Shown in pieces: positions 34,423-42,663 of a stretch of DNA of 64,000 nucleotides. Numbering within the stretch: the first letter of the stretch is position 1; each line of letters opens with the position of its first letter. The notes below the pieces were generated by a model. The model saw nothing but the letters and a program-made list of their open reading frames with translations. It ran no database searches and had not been told where the DNA came from. Location: assembly GCA_002346745.1 (NCBI GenBank), contig DEAL01000014.1, positions 5,679 to 69,678 of the forward strand, read 5' to 3'. The translations under genes and the position numbers were made by a program. The stretch is from Candidatus Neomicrothrix sp. UBA2983. GTDB lineage: Bacteria > Actinomycetota > Acidimicrobiia > Acidimicrobiales > MedAcidi-G1.

Positions 34423-35864
34423 GGCGTTCCCCCGGATCGTTCCCCGTTGCGTTCGCCGACCCGCAGCGACGCCACGGCCACGACGCCGGCGACGAGGATG
34501 ATCACGGCAGCCAGCCACAGGGTCAGGCGCACGCCCGGAACGTAGACGTCGATACCCAGCACCTCGACGTTCCGCTCCCAGAAGCGCTTCGACAACCGGT
34601 CGAGGCTCTCCTCGAGCAGCGGCCCGATGGCCAGGGCGAACAGGACGCACGTGCGCACGAGCGTGTACAGGGTGGAGAAGATCCGACCCCGCATGTTGTC
34701 GTCGACGTTCTCGTGGAGGAGCGTGAACCCGAGCACGTAGACGGTGCCGGCGCAGAGTCCGATGCCATAGACCATCGCCACCGAGAAGTGGAGCCGGCTG
34801 AACGTCGCGGACAGGGCGAGGAACACGGCGGCGGCCACGAGGGCCCAGGTGAAGACGCGGGCCTTGTCGAGGCGCCGCTGGCCCAGCGAGATGAGGGCCA
34901 CGCCGGTGGCGACGCCGAGGCCCAGCGCCGTGATGAAGTAGCCGTAGCCGGAGTCGCCTGCGTCGAGAAGGTCGGTGGCGTAGATGGCGCCGAGCGGCAC
35001 GAGCATGCCGCCGCCGATCAGGCCCGTGGCGAGGCCCATGTTGACGGTCCGGACGACGGGATTCTGGAAGGCGAACCGCCATCCCTCCCGGAGTTCGTCG
35101 AGCGGGTGGGCAAGCTGATTGCGGCGCAGCTTGGCGGCGCGCCGCTCTTCCTTGGGACGCACCGGGAGCGGCAGGGTGACGATCAGCACGGCAGCCACGA
35201 GGAACGTGAGGGCGTTGGCGTAGAACGCCAGCCCCTCCTCATCGAGGCGCAGGTTGTCGGCCCAGGAGGAGTCGAACAACGCCGTCGAGAGCCGGCCGAA
35301 GAGGACCATCAGGCCGGCACCGAGGGGGAAGGTCCCGTAGGCGGCGACGATCGACAGGGAATTGGCCGAGGCCAGCTGGTCCTCGGGCACCACATGGGGT
35401 ACCGACGCCTCCTTGGCCGGCGACCACATCATCGTGAAGGCCTCGAGCAGCAGCGATGCCACGACGAGGCCCCAGACGGTCTCGACGAAGGGCAGCGACA
35501 ACATGACGAGTGCCCGGCAGACGTCGCAGGTCACCATGACCCGCTTGCGGTTCAAACGGTCGACGAGGACGCCGGCGATCGGGCCGAAGAAGAAGCCGGG
35601 GGCGATACGGGCCGCCAGCACGAGGCTCAGCGATGCGCCCTCCGAGCCGGAGCCCACCCGGATGGCCAGCAGGCTGATGGCGAGCAGGCCCAGCCAGTCG
35701 CCGGTGGCGGACACCACCTGGGCCAACCACAGCCGGAAGAACGCCGGGGAGCCGAATACCCGGACGTGCAGCGCCTCCCGGACGACGGTCTGGGGTTCGG
35801 TGAGGCTCGCCTCGACGACTGGACCCTGTTCGTCGCGTGCTGGCCCCCCGGTCTCGTCATGCAC
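34419..35864 (-). CDS. MFS transporter
   Basis: 481 aa, about 12 TM. GPIAGVLVDRLNRKRVM is an MFS loop 2-3 type motif. Confidence 0.85.
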   Translation of the reverse strand: MHDETGGPARDEQGPVVEASLTEPQTVVREALHVRVFGSPAFFRLWLAQVVSATGDWLGLLAISLLAIRVGSGSEGASLSLVLAARIAPGFFFGPIAGVLVDRLNRKRVMVTCDVCRALVMLSLPFVETVWGLVVASLLLEAFTMMWSPAKEASVPHVVPEDQLASANSLSIVAAYGTFPLGAGLMVLFGRLSTALFDSSWADNLRLDEEGLAFYANALTFLVAAVLIVTLPLPVRPKEERRAAKLRRNQLAHPLDELREGWRFAFQNPVVRTVNMGLATGLIGGGMLVPLGAIYATDLLDAGDSGYGYFITALGLGVATGVALISLGQRRLDKARVFTWALVAAAVFLALSATFSRLHFSVAMVYGIGLCAGTVYVLGFTLLHENVDDNMRGRIFSTLYTLVRTCVLFALAIGPLLEESLDRLSKRFWERNVEVLGIDVYVPGVRLTLWLAAVIILVAGVVAVASLRVGERNGERSGGTP

Positions 35865-35919
35865 GGCGCCACTCTACGGGAGCGGTCGGACCCGGTCCGA
35901 AGAAGGGGCGAATCGCGGC

Positions 35920-38900
35920 TCAGGAGCGACGACTGCGGGACTTCTTGGTCGCCGGACCCTTGGCGCGCCGTTCGGCGAGCAGCTCCTGGGCCCGCTCGTC
36001 GGTGAGTTCCTCGACGGAGTCGCCGCGGCGCAGCGAGGCGTTGGTCTCACCGTCGGTGACGTAGGGGCCGTACTGGCCGTCCTTGAGCAGGATCTCCCTG
36101 CCGCTGGTGGGGTCGGTGCCCAGGGTCCGCAGGGGAGCCTTGGCCTTGGCCCGACCGAACTTCTTGGGCTGGGCGAGGATGGTGAGGCACTCCTCGAGCG
36201 TGATCGTGAGGAGTTGTTCCTCGGTGTCGAGGCTCCGGCTGTCGCTGCCCCTCTTGAGGTACGGGCCGAACCTGCCGTTCTGGACGGTGATCTCGACGCC
36301 GTCGGTCGGGTCGGTGCCGACGGTGCGGGGCAGGCTCAGCAGTTCGAGCGCCTCGTCGAGGGTGAGGCGCTCGAGGGTCATGGTCTGGAAGAGCGAGGCC
36401 GTCTTGGGCTTGGGAAGTGAGTCGAGTTCGGCGATCCGGTCGAGTTCGGCGACCATCTCGTCGACGGAGGCGAACTGGTCGAGGACCCCGTAGAAGGCCT
36501 CCAGGTTGTCGAGCCGCTGCTCGGCGTCACCCTCGCGGAGTTCGGCCAGGTACCCGGCGGCCTCGAGGGTCCCGCGCACGACCTCTCCCGGCGAGGCGTC
36601 GCTCTCACCCCCACGCACTGCGTGCCGCAGGTCGAGGAAGGCGGCGATCCCGGCGAGGGCCGGCCCAGTGACGCCCGCCGCCTCGGCCTCCTCGAGGGCG
36701 TCGACGAGCGACCCGCCGGTGGCGGCCTGGTGCTGCTCGAGCTTGTCGAACGCCCCCTTGCCGATCCCCCGCTTCGGGTTGACGAGGGCCTTGCGGACGG
36801 CCTCGTCGTCGGGGTCCGCAGCGACGGCACCGGCGTAGGCGAGGGCGACCCGCAGTTCGGCCTTGTGGAGCGGCTGGGCCGACAGGCGACCACCCGGCGA
36901 CGAGGGCGACGGCCACTGGGGGAAGCGGCCCAGCGAGACGTACGGCCCGAACTTGCCGGCCTTGGCGATCACCGGAAGGCCCGTCTCGGGGTCGTCGCCC
37001 AGGACGCGCTCGGTGGGCTGGTCGAGGAACTCGAGGGCCTTCTCGACGCTCAACTCGTCGGGCACCTGGTCGTCGGGGATCGACGCCGTCCGCTCGCCCA
37101 CCTCCACGTAGGCGCCGAACTTGCCGAAGCAGGCGACGACGGGCTCGCCCGCCGCCGTCTCGCCGAGTGGAACGGTGCTGACGCCCTTGGGGTCGATGTC
37201 GCCGAGCCGGGTGGTGACCTTGGCCTTGAGGCCGATGTCGTCGGCGGAACCGAAGTAGAAGGCGTGGAGCCACGGCACCGCCTCGGCCTCGCCGTTGGCG
37301 ATGGCGTCCAGGTCGCCCTCCATCGAGGCGGTGAAGTCGTAGTCGACCATGCGGGGGAAGTGCCGTTCGAGGAGCGTGGTCACGGCGAAGGCGCTGAGGG
37401 TCGGCACCAGCGCCGAACCCTTGCGCCACACGTAGTCGCGGCCCTGGATGGTCTCGATGATCGAGGCGTAGGTGGAAGGCCGCCCGACGCCGAGTTCCTC
37501 GAGCCGCTTCACGAGGGACGCCTCGGTGAGTCGGGCCGGCGGCTGCGTGGTGTGGCCGTCGGGCGACGCTGCGGCCACGGTGACCGGGTCGCCGGTCGCC
37601 ATCTCCGGCAGCACCCGCTCCTGCTCCTCAGTGATGCCGTCGCGGGTCTCCTCGACGGCCTCGACGTAGGCGCGGCGGAAGCCCTGATGGGTGATCATGG
37701 TGCCGCTGGCGCCGAGCAGCAGCGAGCGCCCGGCGGCGGAACCGCTGAACCGGACCTGGACGGTCTCACCGACGGCGTCGGTCATCTGGGAGGCGACGGT
37801 CCGCTGCCAGATCATCTCGTAGACCCGGGCCTCGGACGGCGGCAGTTCGCCAGCCACCTCGTCGGGATGCCGGAAGCGGTCGCCGGCGGGCCGGATGGCC
37901 TCGTGGGCCTCCTGGGCGTTGCGGACCTTCTTCTCGTAGGTACGCGGGGCGTCCGGGAGGTAGTCACGGCCGAAGCGCTCCTCTACCTCGGCCCGGGCGG
38001 CGCGCAGCGCGGTGTCCGACAGGGTCGTGCTGTCGGTCCGCATGTAGGTGATGTAGCCCTTCTGGTAGAGGCCCTGGGCGGCATGCATGGCGAGGGCCGC
38101 CGAGAGCCTCAGGCGCCGACCGGCCTCCTGCTGGAACGTGGAGGTGATGAACGGGGCCGCCGGCCGACGCCGGTACGGCTTCGACTCGACGGACGCGACC
38201 TCGACGGTCTCGCCGACCAGCCCGTCGGCGAGGTCCGTCACGGTGGCCTCGTCGAGCACCATCGCCGCCCGAGCCAGGGCGCCGTCGTCGCCGAAGTCGC
38301 CGCCGGAGGCGACGCGGCCACCGTCGACCTCGACCAGCGAGGCGTCGAACACGGTTTCCCCGACGGTCAGCGTCAGGTCGAGGTCCCAGTAGTCGGCCGG
38401 CACGAACGCCATGCGCTCCCGCTCGCGCTCGACGACGATCCGCGTGGCGACCGACTGGACCCGCCCGGCGGACAGGCCGGTGGTGATCTTCTTCCAGAGC
38501 ACCGGCGAGATCTCGTAGCCGTAGAGGCGGTCGAGCAGGCGACGTGCCTCCTGGGCATCGACGAGGCGCCGATCGATCTCCCGGGTCTCGTCGAGGGCCC
38601 GGCGGATCGCCGCTGGAGTGATCTCGTGGAACACCATCCGCTTTACCGGCACCCTGGGGTTCAGCACCTCGAGCAGGTGCCAGGCGATGGCCTCTCCCTC
38701 CCGGTCCTCGTCCGTGGCGAGGTAGAGCTCGTCGGCATCGGCGAGCTTTTGCTTCAGGGTCCGGATCTGGTCCTTCTTCTGCGGGCTGACGACGTAGATC
38801 GGCTTGAAGTCGTTGTCGACGTCGATTCCCAGGTTCGCCCAGGACTCGCCCTTGTAGGCCGCGGGGACGTCCTTGGCCCGCATCGGGAGGTCGCGGATGT

Positions 38901-38997
38901 GGCCGATCGACGACTCGACGACGTAGCCGTCCCCGAGGTAGCCGGCGATGGTCTTCGCCTTGGCTGGCGACTCGACGATGACGAGCTTGTGGCTCAC
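35920..38997 (-). CDS. topA: DNA topoisomerase I (type IA) with an unusual insertion in the C-terminal region
   Basis: 1025 aa from GTG (VSHKLVIVESPAKAKTIAGY), with GGAG 8 nt upstream. TDEDREGEAIAWH, GYITYMRTDS, four GxxGPYV C-terminal repeats and a basic tail KGPATKKSRSRRS. The N-terminal part of track ORF 35920..39399 is shadow. Confidence 0.95.
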   Translation of the reverse strand: MSHKLVIVESPAKAKTIAGYLGDGYVVESSIGHIRDLPMRAKDVPAAYKGESWANLGIDVDNDFKPIYVVSPQKKDQIRTLKQKLADADELYLATDEDREGEAIAWHLLEVLNPRVPVKRMVFHEITPAAIRRALDETREIDRRLVDAQEARRLLDRLYGYEISPVLWKKITTGLSAGRVQSVATRIVVERERERMAFVPADYWDLDLTLTVGETVFDASLVEVDGGRVASGGDFGDDGALARAAMVLDEATVTDLADGLVGETVEVASVESKPYRRRPAAPFITSTFQQEAGRRLRLSAALAMHAAQGLYQKGYITYMRTDSTTLSDTALRAARAEVEERFGRDYLPDAPRTYEKKVRNAQEAHEAIRPAGDRFRHPDEVAGELPPSEARVYEMIWQRTVASQMTDAVGETVQVRFSGSAAGRSLLLGASGTMITHQGFRRAYVEAVEETRDGITEEQERVLPEMATGDPVTVAAASPDGHTTQPPARLTEASLVKRLEELGVGRPSTYASIIETIQGRDYVWRKGSALVPTLSAFAVTTLLERHFPRMVDYDFTASMEGDLDAIANGEAEAVPWLHAFYFGSADDIGLKAKVTTRLGDIDPKGVSTVPLGETAAGEPVVACFGKFGAYVEVGERTASIPDDQVPDELSVEKALEFLDQPTERVLGDDPETGLPVIAKAGKFGPYVSLGRFPQWPSPSSPGGRLSAQPLHKAELRVALAYAGAVAADPDDEAVRKALVNPKRGIGKGAFDKLEQHQAATGGSLVDALEEAEAAGVTGPALAGIAAFLDLRHAVRGGESDASPGEVVRGTLEAAGYLAELREGDAEQRLDNLEAFYGVLDQFASVDEMVAELDRIAELDSLPKPKTASLFQTMTLERLTLDEALELLSLPRTVGTDPTDGVEITVQNGRFGPYLKRGSDSRSLDTEEQLLTITLEECLTILAQPKKFGRAKAKAPLRTLGTDPTSGREILLKDGQYGPYVTDGETNASLRRGDSVEELTDERAQELLAERRAKGPATKKSRSRRS

Positions 38998-39025
38998 GGC
39001 GTGCACTCCGGTCCCGGCATGGAGG

Positions 39026-40402
39026 TCAGGTTCCGACGGGCGGGCAGTCGACGTCGGCGGCGGGCTGGATGGCCGCCGGCTTCGACCGGTAGAGGATGAT
39101 CGAACCGATGGCCCCGGCGACAACCGACGCCGCGAGCACGCCGATCTTGGCCTCGTCGCGCAGGAGGGGCGAGTCGTAGGCGAGGTTGGTGATGAAGAGG
39201 GACACGGTGAAGCCGATGCCGGAAATGGCGGCGACCCCCACGATGTGCCGTGGCGCCGCACCCGCCGGCAGGGCGCTGAGGCGGAAGCGGACGGCCAGCA
39301 GGGTGAAGACGGAAACGCCCACGGTCTTGCCGACGACGAGGCCAAACACGACGCCCAACGTGACCGGCGCGCCGACGGCGTCCGCCAGGGAGTCGCCACT
39401 GAGCTCGATGCCGGCGTTGGCCAGGGCGAAGATGGGGATGACCACGAGGCTCGTCAACGGGTGCAGGAGGTGCTCGATGCGCTCCGCCACCGACACCGAC
39501 TCGCCGAGGAGGAATCCGGCACGGCGGACCGTGTCGGCGTCGACCTCGCCGTCGACGATCGGCTGGACCGCCTTGCTGGCGTGCTCGGGGCCGGTGAGGG
39601 GCGTGGCGGGCGCCAGGAGCCCCATCGCCACGCCGGCCAGCGTGGCGTGGATGCCGGACTCGAACGTGGCGTACCAGAGCAGCAGGCCCAGCCCCACGTA
39701 GATCGGCGTGTACCAGACCCGCATCTTGGTAAGCACCCGGACGGCCACGAGGACGGCGGCGGCGACGACCAGCCACTCGGCCTCCAGCGACCCCGTGTAG
39801 AAGATGGCGATCACGACGATGGCGCCGATGTCGTCGACGATCGCCAGCGTCAGGAGGAACACCTTCAGCGGCGTCGGCACTCGATTGCCCAGCAGCGAGA
39901 GGATGCCGACGGCGAAGGCGATGTCGGTGGCCATCGGGATTCCCCATCCCGTCGACGGGTCGCCGCTCGGATTGAACAGCAGGAAGGCTGCAGCGGGCAC
40001 GACCATGCCGCCGAGGGCAGCCACGGCGGGGAGCAGGGCCGCCCGGGGATGGCGCAGTTCGCCGGCCATGAGTTCGCGCTTGATCTCGAGGCCGACGACG
40101 AGGAAGAAGAGGACCATGACGACGTCGTTGACGACCTCGGCGAGCGTGAGCGGGTGGCCGTCGTGCTCGAGGGTGAACCAGTCGCCGATGGCGAGGTGGA
40201 CCTCGGAGTGCCAGAAGCCCCCGTAGCCGGCCGACCAGGGCGAGTTTGCCCAGACCAGGGCGATGATCGTGGCGGCCACGAGGACGATGCCGCCGGCCGC
40301 CTCGACGCTGAGGAAGCGCAGCATGGGCCGACCGATGACGCGGGCAAGCGGACGGTCGCTGCCGAGCCAGGTCAGGGTCGAGGGGGGGGTTCGGTGGGCC
40401 AT
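39026..40402 (-). CDS. nhaA: Na+/H+ antiporter NhaA
   Basis: 458 aa. GWGIPMATDIAFAVG, LAIVDDIGAIVVIA. Confidence 0.9.
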   Translation of the reverse strand: MAHRTPPSTLTWLGSDRPLARVIGRPMLRFLSVEAAGGIVLVAATIIALVWANSPWSAGYGGFWHSEVHLAIGDWFTLEHDGHPLTLAEVVNDVVMVLFFLVVGLEIKRELMAGELRHPRAALLPAVAALGGMVVPAAAFLLFNPSGDPSTGWGIPMATDIAFAVGILSLLGNRVPTPLKVFLLTLAIVDDIGAIVVIAIFYTGSLEAEWLVVAAAVLVAVRVLTKMRVWYTPIYVGLGLLLWYATFESGIHATLAGVAMGLLAPATPLTGPEHASKAVQPIVDGEVDADTVRRAGFLLGESVSVAERIEHLLHPLTSLVVIPIFALANAGIELSGDSLADAVGAPVTLGVVFGLVVGKTVGVSVFTLLAVRFRLSALPAGAAPRHIVGVAAISGIGFTVSLFITNLAYDSPLLRDEAKIGVLAASVVAGAIGSIILYRSKPAAIQPAADVDCPPVGT

Positions 40403-40546
40403 GCGGGTTGGTGGTTCGGGTCCTCGTTCGGTGTTGGGCGTCGGGCACCGTAGTGGGATCGGCCCCTGCTGCCACCGGTGATGTCCGGGGGTCGGTGGAG
40501 CAGCGGGGCCGTTCGGGCGTCGCTGACGGCCCGCGGAAGCACCTGC

Positions 40547-40993
40547 TCAGGTGTCGTCGCCTGCCGTGACGAAGCGCACCACGAGGCGCACGGCGGTGCC
40601 GTCGGGGCTGGTCTGGATGCTGGTCTCGTCGGCCAGGCGGCGCATCAACGACAGGCCCAGGCCCGACTCGTGCTCGAGTCGCTCGGGGGATTCGACGGCG
40701 GGCAGTTCGGCGACCTCGTCGGGTTCGAATCCCGATCCCCGGTCCGTGACCTCCACCTCGATCTGGTCCTCGGCCAGGTCGCAGCGCAACCGGATCCGCT
40801 CGTCCATCCCCGACCGGACTTGTGCCTCGATGGCGTTTGCCGCCGCCTCGGAGACCGCCAGGCGTAGGTCGGCGACGCGCTCCGGGTCGAGTGACGGGTC
40901 GGCCGCGGCGGCCTCGCCGACGACGGCCCGCGCCAGCTGGAGGTACTCGGGCCGGGCCGGGATCAGGAGTTCGACGACACCGCGTTGGCTCAT
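40547..40993 (-). CDS. anti-sigma factor serine kinase (RsbW/SpoIIAB-like, HATPase_c)
   Basis: 148 aa from MSQRGVVELL. VSEAAANAIEA (N box), VTDRGSGF, ESGLGLSLM. ATGA overlap with the upstream STAS gene. Confidence 0.8.
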   Translation of the reverse strand: MSQRGVVELLIPARPEYLQLARAVVGEAAAADPSLDPERVADLRLAVSEAAANAIEAQVRSGMDERIRLRCDLAEDQIEVEVTDRGSGFEPDEVAELPAVESPERLEHESGLGLSLMRRLADETSIQTSPDGTAVRLVVRFVTAGDDT

Positions 40994-41331
40994 GCCGGGG
41001 CACCGACCGCAGCGTCGACGTCGTCGTGCAGGACGAAGACCCGGTCGAGGTCGCACGAGGTGAAGACCCGCCGCAGCCTCGGCTCGGGACAGGCGATCAG
41101 CAGCTCGCCGTCGTGGCTGCGCACCCGGCGCAGGGCACCGATCACGGCGCCAAGGCCGGTCGAGTCGAGGAAGTCGACGCTACGTAGGTCCAGCACGAGG
41201 TGGGTGCGGCCCTCGGCGACGAGCCGGGCCACCTCCTGGCGGAGACGTGGCGCCCCGGCCATGTCGAGATCGCCGCGCAGGGCCAGCACGGTCCACGGGT
41301 CCCGCGGGATGCACTGGAGTTCGAGGTGCAC
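40990..41331 (-). CDS. anti-sigma factor antagonist (STAS domain, RsbV/SpoIIAA-like)
   Basis: 113 aa from GTG (VHLELQCIPRDPWTVLALRGDLDMA). The phosphorylatable-Ser region is DLRSVDFLDSTGLGAVI. Confidence 0.8.
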   Translation of the reverse strand: MHLELQCIPRDPWTVLALRGDLDMAGAPRLRQEVARLVAEGRTHLVLDLRSVDFLDSTGLGAVIGALRRVRSHDGELLIACPEPRLRRVFTSCDLDRVFVLHDDVDAAVGAPA

Positions 41332-41568
41332 CGGACGCCTTCCGCCTCTCTCTGGTCGTGGATCGCTGGACGAGTGGAACGGGCCCACGCTACCGAACGG
41401 CGTCGATCCGACGGGGCCAGGCCCCATGGGGGTCGACCACCTCCCGACGCATGGTCGCCGATGCCGTGAGCGTGATGTCGGGCAGCAGGTCGCCCACCAG
41501 CGGAACGTCGGTGGGATCCGGGGGGTCGCGCCCACCCCGGACAACGGGCGCCTCCTAGGCTCGCCGAC

Positions 41569-42393
41569 GTGGAGGCCGCCTTCTTCGACCTGGACCGGAC
41601 GGTGATCGCCCGGGCCTCGCTGGCCGCCTACGGGCCGGTCCTGCGTCGGGAGGGCTACCTCAACGTCCCCATGGCCCTCAAGGCCGCATGGGGGCAGGTC
41701 GTGTACCGGTTCTTCGGCGCCGATGACGACGCCATCGACCGGGCCCGCCGAACCGCACTGAGGCTGGCGACCGGCGTCGACCAGGAGTCGCTGCGTCGAC
41801 TGGCCCGCGACCACCTGGCGGAGGTCATCGAGCCGATCGTGTTCGACGAGGCGCTCGAACTGCTCGACCGCCACCGCGACGAGGGCCGACTGGTGGTGCT
41901 GGTGTCGGCCTCACCGGTCGAGATCGTCGAGCCCCTCGCCACGCACCTGGGCGTGGACGAATTCGTGGCCACGACCCCGGAGGTGGACCCGGGCGGCCGC
42001 TACACGGGTGAGGTCGAATTCTCGGCACATGGCCCGGGCAAGGCCGAGGCGATGACCCGACTGGCTGCCGAACTGGACCTGGACCTCGCCGCCTCGTGGG
42101 CCTACTCGGACTCGGTGAGCGACTTGCCGATGCTCGAGGCGGTGGGCCATCCCGTCGCGGTCAACCCGGACCGGCAACTCCGACGCCTCGCTGGCGAACG
42201 GGAGTGGCCGGTCCTCGAGTTCGAGCGGCCGGTGGCGTTGGGCGACCGGGTGCCGCTGGACCGGCGCTGGGGGGTCGTGTCCGCGTTGACGCTGCTGGCC
42301 GCCATGGCGGTGTGGTCGGGCGTCCGCCGCGCCCGTCGTCGGTCCCGGGCCGCGGCCAGGGACGCCGGCGTCAGATCGATCGGACCTTCTTGA
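41569..42393 (+). CDS. HAD-IB family hydrolase (SerB-like) with a C-terminal hydrophobic tail
   Basis: 274 aa from GTG. FFDLDRTV (DxD), VSASP, YSDSVSDLPML. The tail is WGVVSALTLLAAMAVWSGV followed by basic residues. Confidence 0.85.
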   Translation: MEAAFFDLDRTVIARASLAAYGPVLRREGYLNVPMALKAAWGQVVYRFFGADDDAIDRARRTALRLATGVDQESLRRLARDHLAEVIEPIVFDEALELLDRHRDEGRLVVLVSASPVEIVEPLATHLGVDEFVATTPEVDPGGRYTGEVEFSAHGPGKAEAMTRLAAELDLDLAASWAYSDSVSDLPMLEAVGHPVAVNPDRQLRRLAGEREWPVLEFERPVALGDRVPLDRRWGVVSALTLLAAMAVWSGVRRARRRSRAAARDAGVRSIGPS

Positions 42394-42454
42394 CGGCCGC
42401 GGCGATCAGGGCGCCCAGAACCGTCAGCATCAACAGCTTCTTCACGCCAGCCAT
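42371..42454 (-). CDS. possible 27-aa single-TM small protein
   Basis: MAGVKKLLMLTVLGALIAAAVKKVRSI*. Mostly GC-ending codons. No clear SD sequence. Converges on and overlaps the HAD gene 3' end by 23 nt. Confidence 0.3.
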   Translation of the reverse strand: MAGVKKLLMLTVLGALIAAAVKKVRSI

Positions 42455-42534
42455 GATACGCAGCCCCGGTCGGGACGCGCCCCTGTCGGGACGCGAGATG
42501 GCGAGGGACGTGCCGCGCCGTTAGCGTCGTGACC

Positions 42535-42630
42535 GGAGGTGTCTGAGTACCTGGTGGGCTCCCCCGCCTTCAAAGCGGGTGGGACGGGCGATCCCCGTCC
42601 GGCGGGTTCGATTCCCGTCCACCTCCGCCA
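42535..42630 (+). tRNA. selC: tRNA-Sec (anticodon TCA)
   Basis: 96 nt. Acceptor GGAGGTG/CACCTCC, anticodon stem CCCGC/GCGGG with loop CTTCAAA, long variable arm GGACGGG-CGATC-CCCGTCC, T arm GCGGG-TTCGATT-CCCGT, discriminator G and an encoded CCA. selA and selB are in the same window. Confidence 0.85.
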
Positions 42631-42663
42631 ATCCGGCCCGGCGGGGGGCCGAGGCGTCCCGGG

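Noticed and set aside
36622-39099. 825-aa plus-strand ORF
   Set aside because: Antisense shadow of topA. The same reasoning applies to 6360..7769 (-) opposite the GH2 gene, 5182..6453 (+) opposite the ATPase gene, 44366..46012 (+) opposite nadE and 9522..10784 (-) opposite sdhA.
41332-41568. 237-bp divergent spacer between the STAS gene and the HAD hydrolase gene, examined for a small ORF or structured RNA
   Set aside because: Only shadow-type ORFs are present and there is no convincing hairpin or repeat. It most likely holds two promoters.
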